Source: Tubiluchus corallicola
Lineage: Eukaryota > Animalia > Priapulida
Length of the DNA: 64,000 nucleotides
Direction: 5' to 3'
Assembly (NCBI GenBank): GCA_030141605.1
Contig: JAQGDQ010000013.1
Span: 386,447-450,446, forward strand
In this document: positions 12,676 through 25,620 of the stretch, piece by piece
Numbering within the stretch: position 1 is the stretch's first letter
Layout of the letters: each line of letters starts with the position of its first letter
Translations under genes and position numbers: made by a program
Notes under the pieces: generated by a model
The model's input: only the letters and a program-made list of their open reading frames with translations
What the model was told of the DNA's origin: nothing
The model's database searches: none

Positions 12676-15261
12676 ATTGACAGTACTACCTATTATCAGT
12701 GATTTGCGCAATTAAAAATTGAAATGCATTATTACCGAAAATAATAATGTTAACATTAAATACATTTTTAAAATATTGCGAGAGCCTATAACTATCACTA
12801 TATCGCTATATCTTTTTCAAGACCTTTTACGTCAGTTGAATAGAGAAAGAAAGCAACATTTAGGAGCGCAGTATGAAATCAATGGTTGAATTCATACACC
12901 ATGAAACAGGTTGCGTTGCATGATTATGTTATTGCTTCAAACTACTTCATTTCATAGTTTATTCTACTGTTGCCAATTCACAAACTTCTGTTCCTGAATG
13001 CTGTCGTCATGCTGTATTCAACTGAAGTAAAAAGATTTTTAATTCTATATTGTAGACGATGGTAAATTTTAAAAAAGTATCTAATTTTAACAACAGTGTT
13101 TTCATTAAGTATTGTCTTTTTTAATTGAAGTAATTACAGACGTTTTTATTGTCTAATTGTCACATTGATAATAACCTTGGCATTGTTTTTATCTCTTATT
13201 GTGAAAATAAGATTTCCTTTTTACTAGGTATAACTTTTATTTGGCTAATCATTATTTAGGCCTTAACTAATTGTCTTTTTAACGTTACTTCAAATCTAGT
13301 TATATCTTTAAACATAATAATATAAAATTATAATTAAACATATCATTTATGTCGCACTCCCTATTCGTGGGTCACAGTATGATTTTGAACTCCAAAAGAT
13401 TATTGGTTCACGGAATTCAGTTCATGCTTATGTTGATGGAACGATGTCTCGATTGTCTGTAACACCTATTACATTATATTACAGTAGCCGACATACTTGA
13501 TACTAATTATGTGCAGTATAATGTGTGGCAAATGGGAAAATTTAACCGATAGTGTACGTGCTCATAGTTACTGTTAATTAATGTAATTACATCAGCTATA
13601 GCTGCCACCTAAACTAATGTGTCACACTTTAGTATGCTAAGCAAACCATTTCTTACGTTGATGCTTTGTGTACATTGAGCGGTCCAGGAACTACTTGGAA
13701 AAAACAAATAGTCTTCATAATGACAATGGTAGCAAAAACAGAATAACAAAGAGGAAAACAATGACAACAAAAGCAGCAGCTGCGACGGCAAGGCGTTACA
13801 CTCACAACAGCAGCAACAGTGAAAGCAATAGGAAAAGCAACGACAACAGGTTAAAGTCAAGAAATCTTTTCTATTTCGCACTATCAATGTTACAAAATAA
13901 AGAAATAAGTGGATGGTTGGGTGGATAGATCTTCGTCTGTCAATTCATCCATCAACATTATTTTCTTATTTATAAAATTATACCGCCTTTTAAAATGCAT
14001 CGTTGCTTCTATTTACTTTTTGTTCACTTGACTACTTCACTGGTGGTATGAATTTGAAAAAAAAGTTTCTAAATTTATGCTGGAAAACTAGGACAATGCT
14101 AGCTGTTTTCACGTAATCATCTGACGCATAAACAAAAAAAGCGCCCCTGTAATTTGTTTGTTCCATAATCCAATTTACTGTAGTCAAGTCAAAAATTACC
14201 TTTGTTAGCCACTAAAGAGGCTAGGTAGCAGTGAAAACTCGTAACTTAGCATCATAGTCAATAAGAACGCAATGCCTTTCCTTAAAAGAGGCAATTTTGT
14301 GTGGTTTCGCTTAAGTTAAAGCCTGAATATCATGAAACATGTGGGTTAGCTAGTTACTATAGTTACTAGTTACTAGTGTACATAAATAAAAAACAATTAC
14401 TTTTAGTAAAAAGCAGTGAAAACAACCATTATGACATTATTAACTGATTCAGTCTCAATCAAACTAATGCGGACCTACAATGGGGTAATGTTAACATAAA
14501 GTTAAAAACGAAAATTACATTACGACAAAAATAACAGTATACATCAGGTAAAAAATAAGGAAGCAATAGACAAAAATGTGAGAAAAAGAGAACAGCGAAC
14601 AGAAAAACAAAAGAAGAGTTTGACAGATAAGTAAGCTGGTCGACCGATTGACAGCTTGCAAATAGAGAAGTAACAGCAGACGACAGGGAGAGGATGAGAA
14701 TAGGCAAAAATTAGAAGAAATGTGAACAAGAATAGAGTTCAGTAGATAGGTCAACAAGTTGATAGTTTGCAAACGAAGAAGAACTGATAAAAAGAGAGAG
14801 CGCATATGACAGAACGTGGAGGACGAAAGAAAAAACGGAAAGATGAGTGAATAATAAGAAATTAGTTGACAGGTTGAAAGTGAAAAAGAAAATGAAAAAG
14901 TGATAGGCAAAAATGAGAGAAAGGGCGTTTGGTTGATTTGTTAATAGCTTGCAAATAATAACGAATTGAGAAAGAAAGAAGGAGAATGAGAGAAATAGAC
15001 GGAGAAGACAACAATAGAGAGCGAGAGAAAGAGTGTTTAGTTGTGAGGCTGACAGTTTGTCAATAGAGTAGGTACTGAGGATGAGAGGGGGAAGATGAGA
15101 GAACGAGGAAAAGGGAGAATGAGAGATAGAAAAAAACCGAGAGAAATAGTGTTTCGTTGACAGGCTGACAGATTGAGACTTTTGCAAATAGAGAAGGAGC
15201 CGAGAAAGAAAGAAAGCATCAACAGAGAGAGTTTAGTAGGTAGGTGGGTCGACAGGCTGAC

Positions 15262-15352
<91 letters not shown>

Positions 15353-18300
15353 GGGAGAGAGAATGAAAGTTAGAAAAAGAGGCAGAGAACAAAGAGAAGA
15401 TGCATTCTATTCTGAATTAACTGCATTATTTGAATTTCCCAGTTCTCTGTTCCAGTTCACAATTTGTTCTAGTTTATTGTTCTAGCTTTAGTGATTTGTT
15501 CAAACACTTCATTTTCAAAGACAAGCTCATGATAAATACATACACTGTTTTGCAAACTATCAACCTGTCTGTCAAATATACGCTCACTGTATACCTTAGC
15601 TATTTATTTTTTAGTTATCACTCTTTTAATCCAATTTGTTTGTATGAGGAATTGTAAATTTTAGATAGATTCAGATTTTTTGCAGATATTTGCTCACGAA
15701 CCTGCTGGATAAATTATTTGTATATTTTTATTATACCTTTTCTATTAACACTATCATACTCACTCTCTTTGCAATGCGTCATCATCGTCGTCAGCGTCGT
15801 CATCATCATCGTCATTACCGTCATCATTGTCATTGTCACTAGTGAAGTATTGCCAGCATTTTCAGTCCTGAATGAAATAGTCACACGTCATTAAATAGTC
15901 ACACGTCATGCAAAGGTTACCATCATTCTATTACGGTAAGTAAATTAATGGTGCTAATTAAATATCCCTTATTCTAGTTTCAGCCACTCAACATATTCAC
16001 ATCAGCTAATGATTCTCGTGGCTATTATGCTTATTTTGTGCATCTAGTTAATTTGTTCTTTAAAACGAAATGATGTTAGTAAGTGTGTGTACATTACACA
16101 CATGTAACGGAACTCTGTGGTTTAACACTTTGCAATAGTGACACTATAAGAGTTTATAATAGTTGCTGAAATTCGTACAGTATGTTTTCAATTATTAGCA
16201 TCTGATCCTCCAGCTAAGGAAACCTAAGCACACTTGTCCAAATAAAATATGCTCCTCTGAAGATATAAGTTTAAATTGCTTTTATCGAATTTTTCGCCCA
16301 TTAGACTAAAAATTTTATTTTCTGATCATCCGGCCTATTCACACGAGATACTGAGCCTAGGAAAGTATGTAAGCATACCAACAGGAAGAGTGTCAAGAAA
16401 TCACATAACCACATCTACTTAAAGGATCTTTCTAGACTAATAACCCTAAATTACTCTTGTCGTGTAAGTCGGTGTAACTCTTTTTACTAATTGGAGAAAG
16501 GAAACACGTAGCACGAGCAGGGGAATGATACTTATTATCTTCGCACTGTGGGCTTCCTTCGGCAGCTTCACGCACACAACACAATGAACCCGTCTAATTA
16601 GGATGACTGTCTGTTTTCACCTTACCTGTGTGTGAAAGGTTTCACGTTATTGAAGAACGCAAGGTTCAACTTACACAGGATGGCTAATCACCTTGACAAA
16701 TCAAAACAATAGAATATCGTGCGAGAATAGTGATGGCATTAACGTGCAGTTTGAGAGGAAATTTGTTTAAAAGAAAGCAAGTGCAAAAAGGAAATATATT
16801 TTCACATATAAGCCGAATGTCACCAACATTAAATTGAAAATCAGATTTAGCTTCACCACTAAGCAAGTTCAACCCCAAGTTAAAAGCTCTTTAACACAGT
16901 AAAGTTGTTCTTATTTCTATCCCTTTTTTAGACCCGTTTTTAAATTTTACACGTCCTGGAGCTATCGTCTAATTTATATCGTCTGTTGTTAATTAGTCGT
17001 TATTTTTTACCATGTACGTGAAGGAGCTTAAGTCGGCAACCTTATTTAGTGCATACAGAAAGTGTTGCGCAAATATAATTTATTGTTGCATAGTAAATCG
17101 TATGAAAACGATAACTGAATTATGTTAAATTACAGTTATTATAATATTGTTGGCTAAAACCGTTGACACATAACTCCTGCTACTCGAGAGGCTTATTTAC
17201 TCTACAATAGCCTAGATGTTTTAGTACTTTCAGTGGACATTTCAGCAGTTCTGTTCAAAATAGCCCCATAATTTATATTTGTTGTGCCATCCAAAGTGCC
17301 ACATGACAGTTTACTTATTGACTTACAATAAAAACCAGTGAAAATGTTGCTTATTTCAGTGCAGTGCAGGTAGAGGAGTGAATATCATGTTTGATTTTCT
17401 TTATTCGTCTCCCATCAAGATCATGATCATTGGCGATGGATGCTCATTTGTTTGTGAGCCAACAGCAGAAGCTGCTGTACAGTGGAACCTTGTGCAGGTA
17501 TGTGTTAATATATTACTGTTTAGTGCACAGCAAGTGCATGTGAGTTGTCTTCAGGGTATTACTGTACGTGTACAACACATGTGAGTAACCAGTAATGCAT
17601 TACTGCACATGCGAGTAGCCAAAAGTAAACTATAGTATACTACTGGAGTGTGTGAGTTACTCGTAATATACTACTGATATATGCATAACTAACAACACAG
17701 CTGAGTAGCCAATAGGATTTTACTGGCATGTATATGGAGTAAGCAGTAGTGAATAGGTAATAGATAATAGTTTTTGTCGAAAAATATATTTGACAGCATA
17801 CATCAACATTTTGATACAACAGTAATCATGACAGTTATACAACACACTGGGCAAACAAAATAGCACCTCGATTATTTTTAGTTGTACCAAACTGCATTTC
17901 TTTTCATAAAACAAACAGTGACAAAGTATGAGATTAACACAGTATTTTCACAGTCTGCGTATTCTAATAGATAATTAAAATTATTTTTTCGGAAAGATTA
18001 TTAAAAACTGGAAAATTGGGAAATTTTCTGTAATTACACCAAATAACTTTTAGTCTTAAGTCATGATAATTTCCATATTTCAATCAAAATATTTTTTCAT
18101 CTTCAATTATTTTGTTAATACAGTGTTGGCATATTCTATAGCTAACAGGTACTTTTGGTTGGTGTACTACTGGTATGGTATGGCTCATGCAGGGGCATAC
18201 TAGGCTAACTAGGCTATAGCCTAGGGCGCCAAAGTTTAAGGGTGTCACATTTTAGAAAAAAATTCTTATTCTCCCCGGAAAATGTGTATCCATGTACTCT

Positions 18301-20243
18301 CATACGAACAGGTATTACAAGGTATTACACAACAAGTAATTCGGATATAAGCGCTATGCAAATACATGTAATTAATAATGACCACGTAGAAAATAGATTA
18401 ATAGTGTTTCTAATACACCACAAGTAATTGTTTAATCTGGTCATTTTGTAAACAACCATAAATTCACAGTATGGGGGGGGGACAGAACTATCAGCCTAGG
18501 GCGTCCTAAAGTATTGATACGCCCCTGGGCACATGTGAGTTGCCAGTAAGGTACTACTGGCATGCATACAGCATATACGACTAGCCAGTAGTGTTCTATT
18601 GGTTTGTGCACAGCACGTGTGAGTTGCCAGCAGTGCAGTACTTATGTGTGTAAAGCGAATATAGGTGTACAGCACATGTGAGTTGCCGCTGCTATGTGTT
18701 GAGGTCACAGTAGCAGAATTCGTTTATAAAGTCGAAGTGAAAATGGATAACACATCAAATAATTAAAAAAAAATACAGCTCGTTTGGAAAATAATTATAG
18801 ATACACGTGCGCTGCATTTATATGGCTCAGTCATGTAATTCAGCCAGCTCAATACTTGTAGCATGTACGCCGACATTATTCTGCTTAATATAATGGAAAG
18901 AATAGGAGCTTGCAATCTTAACTTCAGATTTGTTAATTTTCAGTTGTCTTATGGTTGTGTTGCTTCTACGCTATCAAACAGACAAAAGTATCCGCTATTA
19001 TTTCGCAGTGCCTCGCAGGATACGGAAACGGCTCCGGTCTTAATCAAGCTCATGAAGGAGTTCGGTTGGACGAAAGTTTCAACTCTTCATCAGTCACATC
19101 CGATCTTTTCCACGGTATTTTCAGCTTCCGAAATTTTCTTAACGGGGAAAAGAGAATTTTAAATTATATCCCAAAAAACTTTTCATACAATGTTACGTTT
19201 ATACAATTAGTGAAGTGTGTTATGAGTGTTCTGATTTCTGATTATTTTTTTAAAGTTTGCGCAGTGTTATCTAAATTTGTTTCAAACGACTCACCACTAA
19301 AATGACTGCACCTAACGCGGGAGACTAAATTACAAGTTTTATACGGCGCTACTGCTAACGCAAGCCCTATATATGCAATAAGACAGCATGTAAGCGTATA
19401 AAATTTCAAGACGAATTTTTAAGCTTTATTTATGAAGAGTGTTTTTTGTGCTTTAGATGCACATTTAGCTTTGATGTTCTCTTTTAATAAACCATTCTCT
19501 TGTTGAATGAGCAAAATTACTGGCAAAATTCTTAAAATTAATGTATTTATTATAATTCACTTGCTTGAGTGTATTTTATTAAATTTTATTTCATTCACAA
19601 AAGATGGTCGTGATGATGATGATGGTGATGGCGAAGACCGCGACGATGACGATTTTGATTAACTTTTATGATAATAAAAATGATAACGGTGTTGACCATA
19701 ATGATAACGATGACGAAGGTGTATTACAGCAGCGATTGCGACGACAATAACAACATTAATGATGGTGATAATGGCAATGACAACAAAGGTGGATCTTCGA
19801 ATTAAACGGTACCCCATGGTAGGAAGTGAAAACGTTGTGCTTATTGAGTAATGTTAGTTATGAGCGTCCGAACGCAAGGTCCTGTAAATATGATTGTGAA
19901 TGCTTCCGTGCATGAGAGTGGAATGTGCTAACTTTGACGATGACGATGAAAACGACAGGTATATGGTATATAAAGAATGACTATGGTGATGACACTGGGC
20001 AAACAATGATGTTATTGATAACAGCGCTGAATTGATTATTTCAGTAATAACAGCAAACTATTATTTTATTGACAGGTGACGGATGCCTTTGTAGCTGAAT
20101 TATCGCTACACAATTTCACTTTAATCAGTTCAGAAATTTTTAAAGACGATCCTGCGATTCAGATTGCAAACCTAAAGAAACATGATGCTAGGATCATTTT
20201 TGGTGGATTTTATGAAAACATGGCACACAAAGTGTTTTGTGAA
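10423..20243 (+). CDS. Second GABA-B receptor-like gene, 5' part only (signal peptide + N-terminal Venus flytrap domain, 233 aa); no later exons found
   Basis: Phase-0 exons 10423-10644 (signal peptide, [13 protein letters not shown]...[13 protein letters not shown]...DTK), 17360-17497 (CSAGRG...GDGCSFV...WNLVQ), 18944-19114 (LSYG...[12 protein letters not shown]...FGWTKV), 20076-20243 (...[15 protein letters not shown]...VFCE). Colinear with the GABA-B N-terminal domain, no stops or frameshifts. Confidence 0.88.
12580..12673. repeat. (CT)n microsatellite
   Basis: About 94 bp uninterrupted CT run. Confidence 0.97.
14560..15400. repeat. Purine-rich degenerate repeat ending in an (AG)n microsatellite (about 15268-15360)
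   Basis: Recurrent (T)TGACAG(C/T)TTGCAAATAGAG-like motif among GA-rich spacers, then an AG run. Confidence 0.8.
17520..18705. repeat. Decayed ~30 bp minisatellite (GCACATGTGAGTTGCCAGTA-like), interrupted by insertions
   Basis: CATGTGAGT(T/A)(G/A)CCAG variants recur at about 17537-17750 and 18530-18700. Confidence 0.55.
18190..18527. mobile_element. hAT-like MITE
   Basis: TIRs CAGGGGCATA / TACGCCCCTG, subterminal GCCTAGGGCG at both ends, 8 bp TSD GGCTCATG / GGCACATG (7/8). Confidence 0.75.
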
Positions 20244-21110
20244 GTATGTCGTACTGTTTACTGTTTCATTTCACCTTTGTTAATAAAAGTGTGTCTTAAT
20301 CATAGTGAATATAGTAAAGTATTAGTGGTGACTATAGAATTAAATCTATTCGTGTGGGCAGCAGTGTACTTTGAGCTTTTGATATTTAGTATGTCAATTA
20401 GAAAAGACTACAACTATCGTGACGTAAAGTGGGTCAGGTACCACCAACATAATAGTTTTTTAGCCATTAGACGGATAAGAACGGGCATTTGAAGATGTCT
20501 TTGAGCTTCGATTTCTATATTTAGATTAAATGACAACATACTTAAGTTGAATCATCCCACATATGAGGACATTCGCGTTTAAGTCACAATTCGTGAGGTA
20601 TGTGCAGCCGTAAGCGCATGGGAGGAAACTTCACGAAGGGGTCTGAAAATATTGCTCTGAAAATTTTCCAAGTTGCCCCGGTCTGATTCGAGAGGCCTGA
20701 ATAAGCGCAACAATTGATGGTCCAGATAATTATATAGGACATAGATTAACAAAGACTTATGCTACACTGTACAGTTATAATTAGTTTAATATCGATGAAA
20801 TGTTTACTTTGTAGTGTTGTTCTTGTTTTTAGAATTTCTGTGTAGTACATATCATGAGTCAACCGTAAAATATATTTAGGGCTAGTTTTCCATAAAGCAG
20901 TTATTTGCTCTGCGACAATTCGCTGCGTCCAGACGAAACAGTCTGCGAGCTTAATGGAAACACTTGCATGAATCCGCCAACACAGTCGCGTGAATCTAAT
21001 AAAATTTAATTTAACCAAAATTTTAAGTTTAACCAAGTTTAACTTTCCCCTCTACAATTTAAATTTTTCTTTAGGGCAGGCAACAACAGTTTTAGTTCAT
21101 TTTCCACAAT

Positions 21111-21720
21111 CAGTGGCAGCTCGTGTTTAGGTACTGTAGAGCTGCAGTACCCCCTATTTTCGCTCGATATTATAGACAATATTCAACATAATGTTCTTTA
21201 ATTCTTTCTTTATACTTGTACAGAACCAGAGCACGTGAGGGTAGTACTGTTTGTTTCATAGACCAGCACAGTGTGCTCCAGCAACGCAGAATTTGACTGT
21301 AGCGGGCATGTGCACACGTCTGAGCCCAGATAGAGAAAATACTGTCGCTCACACATTTTGGTAAACAGAGCACGTGAGGATAGTACTGTTTGTTTCATAG
21401 CCCAGCACAGTGTGCTGCAGCAACGCAGAACTTGGCTGTAGCGGGCATGTGCACACGTCTGAGCCCAGGTAGAGAAAGTACTGTCGCTCACACAGTTTGC
21501 TGTCAGTTGTCACGTGCTTGCCGTGAATGGATCAAGCTTAAACAACGACAATTTAGGCTATCAGTAAGCAAAAATATTTCTTTGTTTAGGATTTTATCAA
21601 GTTTATGTATTACAACATTAAAATTTGCGTACGTTTCTTTCCTTTTACACAGTATCAAAACGATGGCTAAAAATTTTCTAAAGCAGCACCCCCACTAATT
21701 TCAGCTACGAGCTGCCACAG
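21111..21720. mobile_element. hAT-like MITE with an internal 140 bp tandem duplication; same family as 38964-39406
   Basis: TIRs CAGTGGCAGCTCGT / ACGAGCTGCCACAG. Block AGAGCACGTGAGG...TACTGTCGCTCACACA occurs twice (about 21228 and 21368). Confidence 0.75.
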
Positions 21721-21788
21721 CCGACATTGTAAACAGTAACTTTTTCTTCACAATGTTTCAAACAATAAAAGTTGTTATTTTATCTTAC

Positions 21789-24221
21789 GTAAACACTCAT
21801 CTGATACTTTCTTTTCACTGTTGGCTTCAACTTTCCGTTCAGCAATGGCTTCTTGTTCCTCATCCCAAACAACATTATCCCTAAAAAAAACACAAATATA
21901 GGACAAAAAGATCATCGTAACTGATCAGAATTAGTGGTCACAGAATTAGCTGTGCTAAGATTTTGCTATCTAAAAATCAATGGGATAAAACAGATTATAG
22001 AGGTTTGCCTAGGTCTCCTACAGAGGCTGAGGAAGTTCTTTACCTTAAAGCAAAACCGGACCCAACCTTAAACTGTAGGTCAAAACAATCTACTCTTTAA
22101 AATACTGAAAGGAAACATACTATTCTTCCAGAAATGACTTATGAAAGAATTATTACCACACAAACACAATTTCATATTCGTGCCATTAGTTCTTCGCTGT
22201 TACATGCATTTCGTCATTCGCTAGTTACACAGGCACAAGCAACTGCACTTTGGAATGCATTGCACAAAAAATGGATGATGTACCTCTCCATTCAGATGTG
22301 TTAGTTTGTGATGAACTACACATGTTCGGCAGCTCATGCGTGAGCACAGTCGAAAATTTGACAATTGAATTTTTATCTTAAAACTTGCCTAGTTTTAGTA
22401 CAACACATTGAATATCTTACAATAGTACTATACTTCAATTTTCTCTTTCACAAACACGTGCAACATGCTTGTGGAATATTTTTGCTATTGAAACTTATGT
22501 TATTTTGCGATGTCATCAATAGTTAGGCTCGCCCGCCGTTAATTAAGTTTTTATCTATTATTTAATTAACAGAAACGCTTTTGCAATATTAATTGTGTTA
22601 AAATGTATATTTTTTATGCAGACTTGAAAACGAGGTACTATAACAAAAATCATTCTATCTTTCGTTAACACGGAATACTTATGGTCCAGAGTGCTAAGAT
22701 GTTGTAAACACTGGCAACGTAAAAAGTCACATCTACACTTGAACTGACCAAGCAGTCCCTGGAGCAAAGTATGATAGCAGTACTTAGATTATTACGTCAC
22801 TGAGCTGGTTGATATGTTATGATGTATAGCAAATTACTATACACTAGCAAAAGCCCCGCAAAAAATTTTGCTGATAAATACACGTATAATCAAAAATACG
22901 CAAACATCCTACCTAGTGTTTGTTTACTTACCTAACGCAAAGCCAGTAGCAGCAGCTTTTACTGAATTAAAGTTATAAGATTATAGGCAGAGTATAATGG
23001 ATGACGTCAGAACAATGGCTTTGCATCAGCAGTTTTGCAAGCGAAAATTGCCAAAAACGGAACATCTAATTAACTCGTCGGCACTCCTCTTGGTAGACAT
23101 GTCCTACAACATAGCCCACATCATCGTGTAGCCCTGTTCTTCCTCTTTCTAAAGAACCGTATATCTTCTTTCGAGAGTCCCACTAGGCGCCGCCAGAATG
23201 TGTTATCCAGATGCTGTGTGACCAAAATTTCGAAAAAATCGCTAGGTGTGTGCGGGAAAACGTCCGTCACGGGACGCCGTGGCCCTCTCACAAATTCTAA
23301 ATACGCCTATGACACCCACCGCTGAACGGGCCATCTATCCATGGCTGGCACCGTCCCCGGCCCATTGCAGTTCTTCAGAAATAAGAGGTATAAGTTTTGC
23401 AAAAAACGGCCGAAAAATGGCCATTTTTGGAGGTTTCTCCCCCCGTTCCTCTCGGTGGGCCCGATTCGAAAAATAAACCCCCAATGGCACGACACTAGAT
23501 CGAGACCTTTTGTTTGATATATAGATCGCCCCATATGATGCCGTCGTCCGAGCTGTAGCCTCGAATCTTATATATGTACATAAATATATATACCAGTAGA
23601 ATTAATATATACGATAAATATGTAAAAAGCCTGCTCAAAAATAATGCAAAAACAGTTTAAACGCACACAGTGCGACACACCCTTCATTTGATTTGTGGAA
23701 ATTTCATCAAGAACTATTAGTATGAATAATAGCAGGAAAAACTTACCATGCATTGTGCTCAAAGACTTTTTCGGGGTGGGTGAGGAAACGAGTCCCAAAC
23801 TGTGATCTTTTTTCAACTGACATATTAGTAAAACAGACCTTTCCTAAAAGTAAAGAAAAATCATATAAATGGTGATTTACTTACTTCTGCCACCTTAACA
23901 TTTTATGAGTAGGCATGAGATTTATATACATTCAAAAAAACGTTGGTTTTTTCAAGTCATTGCTATGTACACACAGGGCTACTCAATTCATATGCTTGTG
24001 GCAAAACCAGGGTTTGACTTATTATCAAAAAATGGTTCTAAAATGAGCCACTGAACTAACAGAAGTACCTTAGCTTTAGAGCTGCTTCTGATTCTAATAA
24101 ATCCTTATTATATGAGGTAGTAGCCAGAATCACCATAAAGTAAATATCAATCATCTTATTATCTTTTCAAACTTTATGCTATGTTATCTAAACTTGTTTG
24201 AAGCTTACCTGTTTCAGCCAT
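21789..24221 (-). CDS. METTL2: tRNA N3-methylcytidine methyltransferase METTL2-like, first three coding exons only
   Basis: Exons 24221-24209, 23816-23747 and 21880-21789 have canonical sites and consistent phases. They give [58 protein letters not shown], matching the METTL2/Trm140 N-terminal FG.RFL...VF.HNAWDNV.W.EEQ...AERKV motif. Methyltransferase-domain exons not found in the window. Confidence 0.85.
22285..22640. repeat. Dispersed repeat, copy of the 6244-6605 family
   Basis: Colinear similarity with 6244-6605. Confidence 0.6.
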
Positions 24222-24744
24222 CACTTAAGCTTAAAGGACAAGAATAGGGGAACCAAAGTAGGTTTCAGAAAAATCGCCTTAAAAATTATATTACTTTACA
24301 GCAGTTTTGTGCAAATATTGCACTCGTGTTAAGAGGAATTTTTGCTTGTTTTCATTTTAAATTTCCCGCAATACTGTTCCGAAGTAGAGCAAGAGATATG
24401 ACGTGAAGTGGTGAAGTTGTATTTTGCTCGTGATTGGCCAAGACCATGTTCAGTAAGACATACTGTTTTCATTCGCACAACTATTCTCGTTTGTACCAAA
24501 CGATTTCTCATTCGCACAAGTGCATACCATCACAACCAGTTGCACACCACTGATGCATACAGTATAAAATGCATTAACCGTTATATCGTTACTGTGACTA
24601 TATGTGCAGGAAAATGGATAGAGGCCACAAAAGGTTGAATAATTAAATGAGTGTATTACATAACCCAGTTCTGGGTTCTTTACAAATCAGGCTACCATAA
24701 TTAACGCCATATCAAATGCAAACAATAATGAGATAGCTGCAAAG
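24222..24744. promoter_or_regulatory. Probable bidirectional promoter and 5' UTRs between METTL2 (-) and morgue (+)
   Basis: Head-to-head arrangement; TGACGTGA (CRE-like) near 24399; reverse CCAAT (ATTGG) near 24433; strong donor AAG|GTAAGT at 24744 closing a likely non-coding first exon of morgue. TSS not determinable from sequence. Confidence 0.45.
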
Positions 24745-25620
24745 GTAAGTTAAACGTATTAATTAATTAATTATATTACTTTATTATTAGTAATAACTTT
24801 GAGAGGGTAGCTGACCCGTTCACCACTAATCAATAATTACTTTTGCACTTTGTAATATTATTGTATGTTGTACAGATTTATAAATCACTTAGTTATGTAT
24901 TTTGCTATTTTAAACATGGTGATAAACTAATGTAATGAACTTACTTACTTAAACGATGCTTTAAATTTACATATCACAAGTAAAAAACCGAAAATTTAAT
25001 AAAAATTGCAGACAAAATAAAAGTTTTTAAATTTATGCGTGTAATACTTTATTATAGTAATGAACTCGTAAAAAATATCAAATTTTCTAACTTTGAACAG
25101 GAAATCTGCTTTTTATTTTAAAGTCAAAAAACAAAAGTCAATAAACCTTCTCTTCACAACCTAGGGTTTGCTAGAACGTTCACGTCGATGATTTCTCGTA
25201 ATGACCCCTCGCGATGAATAATTCCTCCTGGAAATAGTGTTTGATGCTCAATTTTCTCTGAAACGAGTCGAAAATTGAAAGGAAGACACAGACAAAACAA
25301 AAGTTTTTGCATTTAACGTATAAGGTTCAGTTTTAATTTTTAAGTTTACTCAAACTCATTGTATCATGTACTGTAGTTTACCCTTACTTTATTATTAGCC
25401 TATACTATAGTATCAGCTTTGACTAACACAGGAAATAGAAACCCTGGCGTTACAGTATAATACTTCAGTCATACATTGTAAGCAGTTTACGTCTTAACCT
25501 TAACCTAAAAAGAATGGAAACTTTGGTAAAACCATGGCCTCATGTTTCATGAGTGTATTCATTTTACAGCAAATTTAAAATTCGCAGGAAACTTTATTTT
25601 TTGCCCTAAACAGCAGTTAG

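Noticed and set aside
14459-15373. Cluster of Phe/Leu/Ser-rich and ER-repeat ORFs
   Set aside because: Low-complexity purine/pyrimidine-biased repeat and (AG)n microsatellite.
20244-20492. Read-through of receptor exon 4 giving a short secreted or anchored VFT protein
   Set aside because: Similarity ends exactly at a good GTATGT donor; the extension looks like intron and would leave an incomplete domain.
20905-20950. GACGAAACAGTC resembling a hammerhead 3' half
   Set aside because: No CTGANGA core upstream at a suitable spacing.
23200-23590. GC-rich island in a METTL2 intron, possibly a Helentron/HINE-like element (also about 25140-25325)
   Set aside because: Ends and family could not be established from single copies; the ORFs there have no recognisable motif.
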